Source: Nitrospirota bacterium
Lineage (GTDB): Bacteria; Nitrospirota; UBA9217
DNA length: 64,000 nt
Assembly (NCBI GenBank): GCA_963790205.1
Contig: CAWBNQ010000008.1
Coordinates: forward strand, 160,001 to 224,000
Reading direction: 5' to 3'
Below are positions 30,749-41,762 of this stretch, piece after piece. How positions within the stretch are numbered: position 1 is the first letter of the stretch; each line of letters opens with the position of its first letter. The notes under the pieces were generated by a model. The model saw only the letters and a list, made by a program, of their open reading frames with translations, ran no database searches and had not been told where the DNA came from. Both the position numbers and the translations under genes were made by a program.

Positions 30749-32313
30749 TGGAGTATGTTTTTCAAAAAGCGATAACGAGGCGGGAACGGGACAATGAGGT
30801 CGCCATCGAGGTCGGTAAAGAAGACTTCAAGGACGTCTGCGTGTATCTTAACTCCGCTCGGCATGCGCTTTTGCGCCTCATGTTCGCCGTTGACGAGCGT
30901 GAGAAGGAAGGCGTTTTCAGAATTTACACGGTCTTCTCCATTCCCGGTAAGGACACGTTTTACTTCATCATCCTGTCGTTAAAAAACGAGACCTCGTTTC
31001 CGTCACTCACGAGCGTCATCCCCGCGGCCCATTGGTATGAGCGTGAGATAAACGATATGTTCGGCCTCGCGCCGCGGGGACACCCGGACCTTCGCAGGCT
31101 GGTCTTTCATGAGGCTTTCCCTTCCGGTTCTCACCCGCTCAGGAAAGATTGGAATATGACGGAAGCCGACAAGAAAGAATGGGGAGCGGGAACAGCCGTA
31201 AAGGTCCCGCATCCGTTCATGGAGGTGGCCGGCGAGGGGATCATCGAGATTCCCGTTGGTCCGGTGCATGCGGGCATCATCGAACCGGGTCATTTCCGGT
31301 TCAGCGCCGTGGGTGAGACCATCTTCTTCCTGGAACCGCGTTTGTCCTATACCCACAAGGGTACGGAGAAACATTTCGAGACGCTGGGCTTTGCCGAGGG
31401 GGTGCAGCTTGCCGAGCGTGTTTCGGGCACCTCGTCCTTCTCCCACGGGGCCGCTTATTGCATGGCCGTCGAGCGGATGACCGGGGCCAATATCTCGGAA
31501 AAGGCCGCTGCCGTGCGGACACTCCTGCTCGAGCTCGAGCGGCTCTATAACCATATCGGCGACATCGGGAACATGTGCGCCGGAACGGCGCTTGGCGTGG
31601 GCTATATGAACGGCGCGGTCATCAAGGAGCAGCTTATGCAGCTCAATGAGCGGCTCACGGGGAGCCGCTATTTGCGAGGCGTGAACGTTGTGGGCGGCGT
31701 TACCAGGGACGTCTTCAGCCAGGCCGACGACATCCTGAAGACCGTTGACAAGGCCACGAAAGACTACAAGGATCTCATGCAGCTCCTGTTGGGATCGGTC
31801 TCGCATATAGAACGGCTCCAGAACACCGGCAGGCTCTCGAAGGACATCGCCGCGAAGCTCGGCGTCACCGGAGTGGCCGCACGGGCATCGGGCCTGCCCG
31901 ACGATATGAGGAAGTCCCATCCTCACCTCCTGTACGACCGGCTGATCTTCGAAGCGCATACGCTCGAAAAAGGGGACGTATACGCGCGCATGATGCTCCG
32001 GGGGGAAGAAGTGGAATGTTCCGTGTCCATCATCCAGGCGCTCATCGAGAGCGGGTATCAGGGTGAACTGGCAGCGCCGGTGAAACAGGCCGATGCGTAT
32101 GCCTCGGCCTTGGGCTATGCGGAATCGCCGCGCGGTTCGCTGTTCTACTGGGTCATGGCGGACAAGGACGGCAGGCCGCTCAGAGTGAAACTCCGTTCCC
32201 CGTCGTATTGCAACTGGCCCGCCGTACCCTTCGCGGTCCACGGCAACATCGTGCCCGATTTCCCGCTCTGCAATAAAAGCTTTAATTTATCGTATTCAGG
32301 GACGGACATGTAG
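30745..32313 (+). CDS. Ehr large subunit (NuoC+NuoD/HyfG-like, no Ni-binding Cys), copy 1
   Basis: WYERE, GPVHAGIIEPGHFRF, ERVSGTS in place of RxCGxC, and C-terminal DFPLCNKSFNLSYSG. Confidence 0.9.
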   Translation: MMEYVFQKAITRRERDNEVAIEVGKEDFKDVCVYLNSARHALLRLMFAVDEREKEGVFRIYTVFSIPGKDTFYFIILSLKNETSFPSLTSVIPAAHWYEREINDMFGLAPRGHPDLRRLVFHEAFPSGSHPLRKDWNMTEADKKEWGAGTAVKVPHPFMEVAGEGIIEIPVGPVHAGIIEPGHFRFSAVGETIFFLEPRLSYTHKGTEKHFETLGFAEGVQLAERVSGTSSFSHGAAYCMAVERMTGANISEKAAAVRTLLLELERLYNHIGDIGNMCAGTALGVGYMNGAVIKEQLMQLNERLTGSRYLRGVNVVGGVTRDVFSQADDILKTVDKATKDYKDLMQLLLGSVSHIERLQNTGRLSKDIAAKLGVTGVAARASGLPDDMRKSHPHLLYDRLIFEAHTLEKGDVYARMMLRGEEVECSVSIIQALIESGYQGELAAPVKQADAYASALGYAESPRGSLFYWVMADKDGRPLRVKLRSPSYCNWPAVPFAVHGNIVPDFPLCNKSFNLSYSGTDM

Positions 32314-32319
32314 GAGGCC

Positions 32320-32351
32320 GTAAGAAAGTAAGAAATAAGAAGTAAGAATAA
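32320..32351. repeat. Short tandem repeat (GTAAGAA-like)x~4
   Basis: gtaagaaagtaagaaataagaagtaagaataa. Confidence 0.55.
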
Positions 32352-32355
32352 TGGT

Positions 32356-32886
32356 ATGACTATGCTGAAAGAGATTTTTAAGAACATAACTTCGAGAAAA
32401 AAAGTCATTTCATTTCCGGATGGGTTCGCCGTCACCCCCGAGCAGGCGGCGAAGATTGTTGACTTTCAGAGGAAAATTGATACAATCTTCGGAAGGTCGC
32501 TCCGGATCAGGCAGGTGGACGCCGGTTCCTGCAATGCCTGCGAATGGGAATGTACGGCCCTCACCAATCCGATCTACGACATCCAGCGTTTCGGCATCGA
32601 TTTTGTCGCTTCGCCGCGGCATGCCGACGTGCTGCTCGTGACCGGCCCGGTATCGCGTCAGATGGAGCTTGCGCTCAAGCGGACGTATATCGCGACCCCC
32701 GAGCCGAGGCTCGTGGTGGCCTGCGGTGACTGCGCGCAAGACGGCGGTATATATAAAGGAAGCTACGCGGTCGCGAACGGCGTGGCGAACGTCGTCCCCG
32801 TCAACGGCTACATTCCCGGATGCCCGCCGACGCCGGCCGCGATCATAATGGGACTTTTTCGGATCATCGAAGCATACACGAGATGA
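32356..32886 (+). CDS. Ehr small subunit (NuoB/HyfI-like Fe-S), copy 1
   Basis: GSCNACE, SPRHAD, GDC and PGCPP. Confidence 0.92.
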   Translation: MTMLKEIFKNITSRKKVISFPDGFAVTPEQAAKIVDFQRKIDTIFGRSLRIRQVDAGSCNACEWECTALTNPIYDIQRFGIDFVASPRHADVLLVTGPVSRQMELALKRTYIATPEPRLVVACGDCAQDGGIYKGSYAVANGVANVVPVNGYIPGCPPTPAAIIMGLFRIIEAYTR

Positions 32887-32964
32887 ACCGGATATAATAA
32901 TAAAGAGTATTTTTCATGAACTGATCGGTTTCAGGTTAACGACGATAACCAGGGAGGCAGGAAC

Positions 32965-35009
32965 GTGCTTCTTTCGCCTTTCAGTCTCATATCCACATCT
33001 TTCGCAGTGCTCCTGCTCGCGCTCGCGCTGACGCCGCTTCTGCGCTTCAGCCAACGCCTTCTCATCAAGACGGGTTTTTTCCTTACTGCCATTGCTTCTG
33101 TTCTCGCCACGGCCGCCGGTATATGGACCGTGGCAAGCGGCATTATAACCCAGGTCGTGCTCCCCCTCGGCCTGCCCGACCTGCCGTTTCACCTGAGACT
33201 CGACCTCCTGTCCGGGTATTTCCTCGTGGTCGTCGGGTTGCTCGCCACGTTCGCATCCATCTACTCGATCGGGTACGTCAAGGGGTTTCTCGGCCTTCGA
33301 TCCGTAACAAGCCTCGTGGTCTTTTACACCCTTTTTCTCGCGGGAATGTTCCTGGTGGTCCTGGCCGATGACGCATTGTTCTTCCTTATCGCCTGGGAGA
33401 TGATGGCGGCGGCTTCCTACTTTCTCGTGCTTTTCGAGGACGAGAAAGTCGAGAACAGGCGGGCCGCTTTTCTCTATCTCGTCGTGGCTCACGTGGGGGC
33501 CATCGCTATCCTTCTCTCGTTCGGGGTCATGGCCGGCCTCGCTACGGGGTTCAAGGGTTTTGAGGGGTATACCTTCGATGCCATGCGCGGGACGGTCCTC
33601 CCGGCGGGATGGGCCACTGTTGCGTTCCTCCTGGCATTCTTCGGGTTTGCGGCCAAGGCCGGCGTGGTCCCTCTCCACGTCTGGCTGCCCGAAGCGCACC
33701 CGGTGGCGCCGTCGAACGTCTCGGCCCTCATGAGCGGGGTGATGCTCAAGACCGCGATCTACGGCATCGTACGGGTTGTCTTCGACCTGATCGGCCATTT
33801 CCCCTGGTGGTGGGGCGCGCTTGTCCTGGTCTTCGGGCTCGTGTCGTCGGTCATGGGGGTCCTCTACGCCCTGATGCAGCACGATCTGAAGAGGCTTCTC
33901 GCGTACCATTCCGTGGAGAACATCGGCATCATCCTGATCGGCATCGGCCTTGCCATGATATTCACCTCTTTCATATGTCCCTCCTGGCCGCCCTGGCGCT
34001 CATTGCCGGCCTGTATCACACGCTCAATCACGCGATGTTCAAGGGGCTCCTGTTCATGGGCGCCGGCTCCGTGCTGCACGCCACCCATGAACGGAACATG
34101 GAAGAGATGGGCGGCCTCATCCGGTTCATGCCGTGGACGGCGGCCCTCTTTCTCATCGGCTGCGTCTCGATCTCGGCCCTGCCGCCCTTTAACGGGTTCG
34201 TGTCGGAATGGCTGACCTATCAGGCGTTTCTGCTGTCGCCCGCGCTTCCCAGCCCGCTCCTGAACCTGCTCATCCCGCTGGGTGCGGCGCTCCTGGCGCT
34301 CACGAGCGCGCTTGCGGCGGCCTGTTTCGTGAAGGCCTTCGGCGTGACGTTCCTGGGTCATCAGCGCGGGCACCATCACGGCCTTGTCCACGAGGCGGGC
34401 TGGTCCATGCGCATCGGCATGCTGCTGGCCGCGCTCACCTGTCTCGCCCTCGGTGTACTGCCGACGGTCATGATCAAATGGATGGACCCGCTCGCAGAAA
34501 AGCTGGTGGGCGGCACGATCGCCTCTTCCGCCTCGGGCCTCGGCTGGATGTGGCTCACCCCGATCGCGGCCGAACGGGCTTCCTATTCAGCTCCCATGGC
34601 GTTTATGGGCATCCTGTCCGTCGTGATCGTGACCTACCTGCTGCTTCATACGCGTCCCGGCGCGATCCACAGAAGGCCCCTCTGGGACTGCGGTTTTGAA
34701 AGGATCACCAGCCGCATGCAGTATACGGCAACGTCTTTTTCCATGCCTTTGCGCAGGATCTTCGGGTATCTCTTCAGCATCAAGGAACACGTGCGTCAGC
34801 TTCCGCCGGCAACGCATCCGGCCTTTCCCGAACGCCTGCATTACCATCTCCGGGTGCGGGACCGTTTCTGGGGCTGGATCTATCAGCCGATCATTGACGC
34901 AAGCTTCTGGCTTTCCCGCAGGATCGGAAGGATGCAGCACGGCCGCATCCAGATATACCTTATTTACTCGTTCGTGACGATACTGGTGCTGTTGATATTT
35001 TCACGATGA
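32965..35009 (+). pseudogene. hyfB: HyfB-like subunit, copy 2, with a 1-nt deletion near 33973 (pseudogene or sequence error)
   Basis: Frame 32965 matches HyfB up to AMIFTSF; homology continues in frame 33609 (MSLLAALAL...NHAMFKGLLF...WDCG). Confidence 0.8.
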
Positions 35010-35035
35010 AAAAGAAATTTTAATACAGAAGACAA

Positions 35036-35117
35036 TTTTCACACAGAGCCATGAAGCCACGAAGGAAAGCAAAGCAGATTTAATTATATCTTCGTGTCTT
35101 AGTGTCTTCGTGTGAGA
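35036..35117. repeat. Palindromic octamer-repeat element (CACGAAGA type)
   Basis: cacagagc-catgaagc-cacgaagg versus cttcgtgt-cttagtgt-cttcgtgt. Confidence 0.7.
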
Positions 35118-35161
35118 CAAGTATTGTTTTTGAAGTTATGCTTCAAGAATAGGAGTCGTAA

Positions 35162-36106
35162 TTGACCATTCATCCGCTCCTCATAGAAATAGCGCAGGTC
35201 GTCGTGCTCCTCGCCCTGGCCCCCGTGTTCACGGGCTGGGTGAAGATGGTGAAGTGCTGGTTTCAGGGACGCACGTCGCCGAACCTGTTCCAGCCTTACC
35301 GGGACATCATGAAGCTTTTCTCGAAGGACGTCGTGCTGGCCGAGAACGCGTCGTGGATATTCCGGTTCACGCCCTATCTCGTTTTCGGCGTTTCGGTCAT
35401 GGCAGGCGGGATCATCCCCATCCTGTCGACGGACCTGCCGCTGTCGGCCACGGCGGACGTCATAGCCTTGGTGGCGCTCTTTGCCATCGCGCGGTTCTTT
35501 ACGGCGCTGGCGGGCATGGACATCGGCACCGCCTTCGGCGGCATGGGTTCGAGCCGGGAGATGACCATCGCTTCACTTGCCGAGCCCGCCATGCTTATGG
35601 CCGTATTCGCCGTGTCCCTGGTGAGCAAGTCCACGTCCCTCTCGCAGATGACCTTTGTCATCTCCCAAGGGCACTCCATGCTCCGGCCGTCCTTGGTCTT
35701 CGCGCTTTTGGCGTTCATCCTCATTGCCCTGGCCGAGACGGGAAGGGTGCCCGTGGACAACCCTGCGACGCACCTGGAACTTACCATGATCCACGAAGCC
35801 ATGATCCTCGAATATTCAGGGCGGCATCTCGCCCTCATCGAGTGGGCGAGCATGATGAAACTTTTTCTCTTTACCGTCCTCGGGATCGCGTCCTTTTTCC
35901 CCTGGGGGATATCCTTGAACGACGACCTGGTATCCGTGCTCGCCGCGTTCCCGGTCCTGCTGTTCAAGCTCGGGATCGTGGGTCTCGGCCTGGTTATGAT
36001 CGAGACCGGTATGGCAAAGATGCGGATCTTTCGCATCACCGAATTCCTGGGGAGCGCTTTTCTGTTTGCCACGCTCGGGATGCTGTCGTATTTCATGCTG
36101 GAGTAA
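35162..36106 (+). CDS. hyfC: HyfC/NuoH-like subunit, copy 2
   Basis: GSSREM, ETGRVPVDNPATHLELTMIHE and EYSG. Confidence 0.9.
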   Translation: MTIHPLLIEIAQVVVLLALAPVFTGWVKMVKCWFQGRTSPNLFQPYRDIMKLFSKDVVLAENASWIFRFTPYLVFGVSVMAGGIIPILSTDLPLSATADVIALVALFAIARFFTALAGMDIGTAFGGMGSSREMTIASLAEPAMLMAVFAVSLVSKSTSLSQMTFVISQGHSMLRPSLVFALLAFILIALAETGRVPVDNPATHLELTMIHEAMILEYSGRHLALIEWASMMKLFLFTVLGIASFFPWGISLNDDLVSVLAAFPVLLFKLGIVGLGLVMIETGMAKMRIFRITEFLGSAFLFATLGMLSYFMLE

Positions 36107-36117
36107 TATGGAGTTTT

Positions 36118-36215
36118 ACCGCAGAGACGCGGAGATGCAGAGGAAGGCCAAACGCTAAGGCTTTCAGTGCATTTTACTTTTCACGGTTTTCTCCGCGCCT
36201 CAGCGTCTCTGCGGT
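36118..36215. repeat. Palindromic octamer-repeat element (CGCAGAGA type), MITE/REP-like
   Basis: Perfect 13-bp terminal inverted repeat ACCGCAGAGACGC/GCGTCTCTGCGGT with three octamer units per arm. Confidence 0.8.
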
Positions 36216-36248
36216 TATCTCAAGTTTGCGTTTATAAAGAGGTGCTTT

Positions 36249-36914
36249 ATGAACATGCAAATCGCATCACAGGTCAACAGTCTCCTCGCCGCCCTGATCC
36301 TTTTAACGGCCTTCGGCCTGGTCGTGCAGAGGAGGATGAACGCGCTTCTGCACCTCTTTGCCTGGCAGGGGTTCTTCCTTGCCGTGAGCACCGCCATCGT
36401 GGGTTATGTGGGAGGCCAGCACGATCTTTATATTTCTTCCGTGCTGACGCTTTCCATGAAGGTCGTTCTTCTGCCCTATATTTTGCACAGACTGATCGTG
36501 AAACTCCGGATCCATAAGGAGGTGGAGACGGTCGTGAACATCCCGACGACCATGCTGATGGGCATCGTGCTCGTGATATTCTCCTATCATCTTACCGCGC
36601 CGATCAGGGAGCTCTCGACGCTCGTGACCCGCTCCACCCTGGCGGTGGCCCTGGCAACGGTCATGCTCGGCTTTCTCATGATGATCACCCGTAAGCACGC
36701 GGTGACCCAGATCATCGGGTTTCTGGCAATGGAGAACGGGCTTCTGTTCGCGGCCACGAGCGCAACGTACGGCATGCCTCTCGTGGTCGAGCTGGGCGTG
36801 GCCCTGGACCTGTTGATCGCCGCCTTTATCTTCGGCATGTTCTTTTTCCACATCAGCACAACCTTCGACAGCCTTGACGTGGACCAGATGGCGAGGCTGA
36901 AGGAAGAAGATTAG
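36249..36914 (+). CDS. hyfE: HyfE-like subunit, copy 2
   Basis: KVVLLP, MENG and YGMPLVVELG.ALD. Confidence 0.88.
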   Translation: MNMQIASQVNSLLAALILLTAFGLVVQRRMNALLHLFAWQGFFLAVSTAIVGYVGGQHDLYISSVLTLSMKVVLLPYILHRLIVKLRIHKEVETVVNIPTTMLMGIVLVIFSYHLTAPIRELSTLVTRSTLAVALATVMLGFLMMITRKHAVTQIIGFLAMENGLLFAATSATYGMPLVVELGVALDLLIAAFIFGMFFFHISTTFDSLDVDQMARLKEED

Positions 36915-36917
36915 CGG

Positions 36918-37036
36918 CAAACTCGAAGCCCGAAGCACTAATTGTCGAAACAATGTCAAATTAATGCAACGAGTAATGTTTCAAACATTTGGATTTTGGA
37001 TTTATTTAGGATTTCGACATTCGAATTTCGGATTTG
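36918..37036. repeat. Palindromic heptamer-repeat element (ATTTCGG/CCGAAAT type)
   Basis: aaactcgaagcccgaagcactaattgtcgaaac...atttggattttggatttatttaggatttcgacattcgaatttcggattt. Confidence 0.65.
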
Positions 37037-37054
37037 TACTGTTTTGAGGTGTAA

Positions 37055-38504
37055 ATGGCTCTTCTGATTCTCTTAGTCATTCCGCTCTTCGCGTCCCTGG
37101 CGCTGGCCTTCATCGGCGACCGGAAGCTTGCGCCCGAAGTGAACATCCTCGGATCCGCAGCGACCTTTGCCGCGAGCGTCCGCCTGGCGCTCCAGGTCTA
37201 CGAGCAGGGGCCCATACTGGCGGGGGACAATTTCTTTTTTGTCGACGCCTTCAGCGTTTACCTGACGGTCCTCACGTCGCTTGTCTCCATGACCACAGCC
37301 ATCTTCAGCAGGAGATATATGCGTCGCGAGCGCGAGCACGGGACCATCGGTTCTCATCGGATTCGCTTCTACCACGCCATGTTCCAGCTCTTTATCTTCG
37401 CCATGCTGCTCTGCCTTCTGACGAACAACGTGGGCATTCTCTGGATTTCCATGGAACTTGCCACGCTCTCCACGGTCCTTCTGGTGTCCCTCTACCGCAC
37501 GCCGGCGGCGATCGAGGCCGCATGGAAGTATTTCATTCTCTGCGGCGTGGGCATCGCTCTGGCGCTCTTTGGGACCGTGCTCCTGTACTTCGCCGCGGAA
37601 AAGGTGCTCGGCGCGGGCGGCGCGGCGCTCCACTGGACGAACCTCGCACAGGTGAGCAACCAACTGGAGCCCACGATCCTGTCCCTTGCCTTTGTCTTCC
37701 TCATGGTGGGATACGGCACGAAGGTGGGGCTCGTTCCGATCCATAACTGGCTGCCTGACGCGCATAGCGAAGGCCCAACGCCCATCTCCGCCGTGCTCTC
37801 CGGGCTGCTGCTCAACATCGCTCTCTATGCCCTGGTCCGGTGCAAGGTCCTCGTCGACGGGTCCACGGGAACGCACCATTCCGGCAATATCATGATGGGC
37901 TTCGGAATCCTCTCGATCATTGTCGCGTCCTTTTCCCTCCTGCGCCAGAAGGACATCAAGCGGATGTTCGCGTATTCGTCCATCGAACACATGGGGATCG
38001 CGACGTTTGCTTTCGGTCTCGGCGGTCCGGTGGCCACGTTCGGCGCCCTGCTGCACATGCTGGTCCACAGCCTGACGAAGTCGTCCATTTTCTTCACGGT
38101 GGGGCACGCCTCGCAGATGCACAGAACGCAGGAGATGGGAAAAGATCAAAGGACTCATTCGCGGCAATCCGCTCGTGGGTTGGGGCATGGCGCTCGGGGT
38201 CATGGCGATCGTGGGCATGCCGCCCTTCGGCGTGTTCACGAGCGAGTTCCTGATCCTCACGGCAACGATCAAGGACGCGCCGCTCTTTGCGCCCTTTCTT
38301 CTCCTGGGTCTCGCGGTGTCCTTTGCCGCCCTGTTCAGGAGGGTGCAGCCCATGGTCGGAGGCGCGGTTCCGGGCTATCAGGAGAGGATCAAAGCCGCGC
38401 ATATTCCGGTGATCGTGCATATGCTCGTGGTGCTCCTTCTCGGCCTGTATATGCCGAGATTTCTTGCCGGGTGGTTCCAGACGGCAGTGGGGCTGTTGAA
38501 ATAA
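37055..38504 (+). pseudogene. hyfF: HyfF-like subunit, copy 2, with a +1 frameshift at 38137-38143 (homopolymer)
   Basis: HyfF motifs up to TQEMG; removing one base from GGGAAAA restores KIKGLIRGNPLVGWG...GMPPFGVFTSEF to TAA 38504. Confidence 0.8.
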
Positions 38505-38582
38505 ACGAGGGACGAGGGACGCAAAGGCTTTTTCGTTCGTCGTCTCAGCGAGCAAGGCGAGCGGTCGTCCATCGTCCATCGG
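38505..38582. repeat. Palindromic heptamer element (GACGAGG/TCGTCCA) with an internal small insert
   Basis: acgagggacgagggacg...cgtctcagcgagcaaggcgagcggtcgtccatcgtccatcg; related to 40180-40256. Confidence 0.65.
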
Positions 38583-38602
38583 TACTCTTAGCGGGAATTA
38601 AC

Positions 38603-40175
38603 ATGATCAGACTGAGGAACCTTATCGAGAACCTGTTCGGTCCCGACGCGCGGGAGGATGACACCCTCGCCCCATCGTCCGTCATGTCCCTTGCGGTCCC
38701 CCGCAGGCGTTTCGCCGAAGCGGCGCTGGCGCTGAAGCATGAGTATGCTCTGCTTGCCGCGGAGTGGGCCGTTGACGAGACGCCCTTTGGCAGGGGATTC
38801 GGCATCTATGCCTGTTTTCGCCGCGAGCAGGAGTATCTGGTCGTCAGGACCGAGGCGCCCGCGGATGATCCGACCTTCCCCAGCCTCACGAAGAAGTTTG
38901 CGGCAGCCTACCGGTTCGAGCGCCAGATCCAGAGCCTCATGGGCATCACACCCGTGGGCAATCCCGACGACCGCCCGTGGATCAAGCACGAAGACTGGCC
39001 TGAAAACGCCTGGCCGCTCAGAAAATCTTTTGACGCGTCGATGAAATTGCCCAGAGTTGCCGGAGAGTACCGCTGGATCCGGGCCGAAGGCGAGGGGGTC
39101 TATGAGATACCCGTGGGACCCGTTCATGCAGGCATCATCGAGCCCGGCCATTTCCGGTTTCAGGCCGTGGGAGAGGACATCATCAACCTCGAGGCGAAGT
39201 TGGGGTACGTGCACAAAGGAATTGAAAAAAAGTTCGAGTCCTTATCCTGGCGGGATGCGTCACGCCTGGCAGGCCGGGTGTCCGGCGACACGACGGTCGC
39301 ACACAGCCTTACGTATGCGCAGGCCGCAGAGGCCATCTCCGGGTGCATCGTGCCGGACCGGGCGCTGTGGCTGCGGGCGCTCTTTCTGGAACGGGAACGC
39401 ATTGCGAACCATCTGGGCGACCTGGGCGCTATCTGCAATGACGTGGCCTTTGCGATCCTTCTCTATCAGTTCCATCGTCTGAAGGAGATGCTGCTCCGCA
39501 CGAACTTGAAGCTTTTCGGTCATCGCTTTATGATGGACAGGATCGTGCCGGGGGGGACGGCCGTCGATATCGATGCGGAAGGCGTCAAGACGGTCCTTGC
39601 GGAGATGGACTGGCTTGCACAGGAGTTCGAGACGGCTTGTCGTCATCTACGATGAAAACTCCTCCGTTGAAGACCGCGTACGGGACACGGGCATCCTTAA
39701 ATCCGATAAGGCCCGGGACCTCGGCATGGTGGGTTTTGTTGCGCGCGCAAGCGGCCTGAACCTCGATTGCCGTATCCATCATCCGTTTCCTCCTTACGAC
39801 CGCATCAGCGTGAGCATCCCGGTGCTCGTCTCCGGCGACGTCCACGCCCGGGCATGGGTCAGGGTTGAGGAGATCAGGGATTCCATCCGGATTATCCGGG
39901 AGATATTGAAGTCCCTTCCCGATGGAGCAATCACCGTCCCTGTCAGAGAGCCGATGCCGGACAGGTCCGGTTTCGCGGCGGTCGAGGGCTGGCGGGGCGA
40001 GATCATTTACTGGGTCCAGTCCGGGCCGAAGGGTGAGATAAACCGCTGCATGGTCAGGGACCCGTCGAGCGTGAACTGGCTGGGGCTCGAACAGTGCATC
40101 CACGGGAACATCGTCCCCGACTTCCCGGTGTGCAATAAGAGCTTTAACCAGTCGTATTCGGGGAATGATCTGTGA
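38603..40175 (+). pseudogene. Ehr large subunit, copy 2 (no Ni-binding Cys), with a +1 frameshift near 39631
   Basis: GPVHAGIIEPGHFRF and GRVSGDT; continues after the shift as RLVVIYDEN...EGWRGE...DFPVCNKSFNQSYSGNDL. Confidence 0.82.
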
Positions 40176-40179
40176 AGTG

Positions 40180-40256
40180 CGAAGGACGAGTGACGATAAA
40201 GCTTATTCGTCCGTCGTCTTAGCGTACGAAGTGAGCGGTCGTCTATCGTCCGTCGT
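40180..40256. repeat. Palindromic heptamer element related to 38505-38582
   Basis: gaaggacgagtgacga...cgtcttagcgtacgaagtgagcggtcgtctatcgtccgtcgt. Confidence 0.6.
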
Positions 40257-40312
40257 GTTTAAACGGCCTGCTGCCGAAACATTTTTTTAACCGGCATTAT
40301 AACGGGAGTCTT

Positions 40313-40822
40313 ATGATCCGTATCCTTAAGCAGATTTTCCATACCGGCATCGTTACCGAGCCGCTCCCTCCCATCACCGACCCGGAGATCGAGAAGATCG
40401 GCGTACAGCTGGAGGAGGTCATCAAGAGGCGCTTCCGGAGAAGCCTTACGATCCGCCAGGTCGATGCCGGCTCCTGCAACGGGTGCGAGCTCGAGATCCA
40501 TGCGATCAACAATCCCCTCTATAACTGCGAGCGCTTCGGCATCCATTTTACCGCCTCGCCGCGGTTCGCCGACCTGCTGCTCGTCACGGGACCGGTCTCC
40601 CATAACATGGAGATAGCCCTCCGCAGGACCTATAACGCCACGCCGCCCCCGAAGCTCGTGGTTGCCGTGGGAGATTGCGGCTGTACGGGCGGCATTTTCG
40701 GCGAGAGCTATGCTTCCCTGGGCGGGATCGACAAGGTGATCCCGGTGGATGCTTGTATCCCCGGATGTCCTCCCACGCCAACGGCGCTGCTGCAGGGTAT
40801 CCTTAAAGCCATTGGAGTCTGA
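40313..40822 (+). CDS. Ehr small subunit (NuoB/HyfI-like), copy 2
   Basis: GSCNGCE, SPRFAD, GDC and PGCPP. Confidence 0.92.
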   Translation: MIRILKQIFHTGIVTEPLPPITDPEIEKIGVQLEEVIKRRFRRSLTIRQVDAGSCNGCELEIHAINNPLYNCERFGIHFTASPRFADLLLVTGPVSHNMEIALRRTYNATPPPKLVVAVGDCGCTGGIFGESYASLGGIDKVIPVDACIPGCPPTPTALLQGILKAIGV

Positions 40823-40895
40823 TTTTTTTCGACCGGGATCATACCGATCAAGCCCGGCTTTTTTCAAGGTATTTATTAAAAGGGGAGCGGGACAC

Positions 40896-41747
40896 GTGAA
40901 CATTGCGATGAACTTGCGCGCCGTATGCAGACTTTGCGCAACGCTTCTGTTTCTTCTTCCGGTTTTCGGTTGTAATCCTCCCTATCGTCCGCCCACGGTC
41001 CCCATCGGCACCCTGCGGTATGATGCGCCGGGAGGTCCGCACCGGGAGCTTCTGGTATATCTTCCCGGCTACGGGGACAAGCCTTCCGCCATTGAACAGC
41101 ACGGCCTCGTACGGGCCGCGAGGGCGCGGGGCCTGACAGCCGACATCGTGGCCGTTGACGCCCACCTGGCCTATTATGAGGAGGGGACCATCTTCACCCG
41201 GCTGAAGGAAGACGTGATCGATCCCGCCAAAGCCGGGGGATATAAAGACATCTGGCTCGTCGGGAACTCTCTCGGGGCCTATGGCGCGGTCTTGTACGCG
41301 AGACGCTATCCGCAGGACATAACGGGCGTCGTGCTGTTAGGCCCTTTTCTCGGAGAGAAGAAGACCATCGACGAAATCAGACAGGCAGGCGGGCTCCAGC
41401 AATGGGACCCCGGCGAGGTGGGAGACAAGACGAGAGAGGATTGGGAAAAACAGATCTGGCTCTGGCTGAAGCACCGCCAAAAGCAGGGTGATTTCCGGCT
41501 CTGGTCGAAAGAATGCGACCGGGAAAGAGGCTGCCTGCCGAAAATCTATCTCGGATACGGCGAGTTCGACCGGTACTCCCGCGGGCAGGACCTCCTGGCG
41601 TCGCTGCTGCCGCCGGAGTACGTCGTAGCTCTCTTTGGCGGCCATGGCTGGATGACGTGGAGCAGAGCGTGGGACAAGATTCTTGACAGAATGGCCGTCA
41701 CAAAGCACGGCGGCCGCTTGACGATGCCGGCTGACGAGCGCAATTGA
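40896..41747 (+). CDS. Alpha/beta-hydrolase lipoprotein
   Basis: Lipobox VFGC, YLPGYGD, GNSLG nucleophile elbow and GGHGW. Confidence 0.8.
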   Translation: MNIAMNLRAVCRLCATLLFLLPVFGCNPPYRPPTVPIGTLRYDAPGGPHRELLVYLPGYGDKPSAIEQHGLVRAARARGLTADIVAVDAHLAYYEEGTIFTRLKEDVIDPAKAGGYKDIWLVGNSLGAYGAVLYARRYPQDITGVVLLGPFLGEKKTIDEIRQAGGLQQWDPGEVGDKTREDWEKQIWLWLKHRQKQGDFRLWSKECDRERGCLPKIYLGYGEFDRYSRGQDLLASLLPPEYVVALFGGHGWMTWSRAWDKILDRMAVTKHGGRLTMPADERN

Positions 41748-41762
41748 ATCCGTTACCGCATT

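Noticed and set aside
37055..39655. 866-aa apparent HyfF-EhrL fusion ORF
   Set aside because: Artefact of the +1 shift at ~38140. The middle ~150 aa are off-frame hyfF plus an intergenic repeat; the true hyfF end (TAA 38504) and ehrL start (ATG 38603) are both present.
25451..40822. Annotation as true [NiFe] hydrogenase-4 / formate hydrogenlyase
   Set aside because: Both large subunits lack the L1 and L2 CxxC Ni ligands, and no fdh or hyp genes are adjacent.
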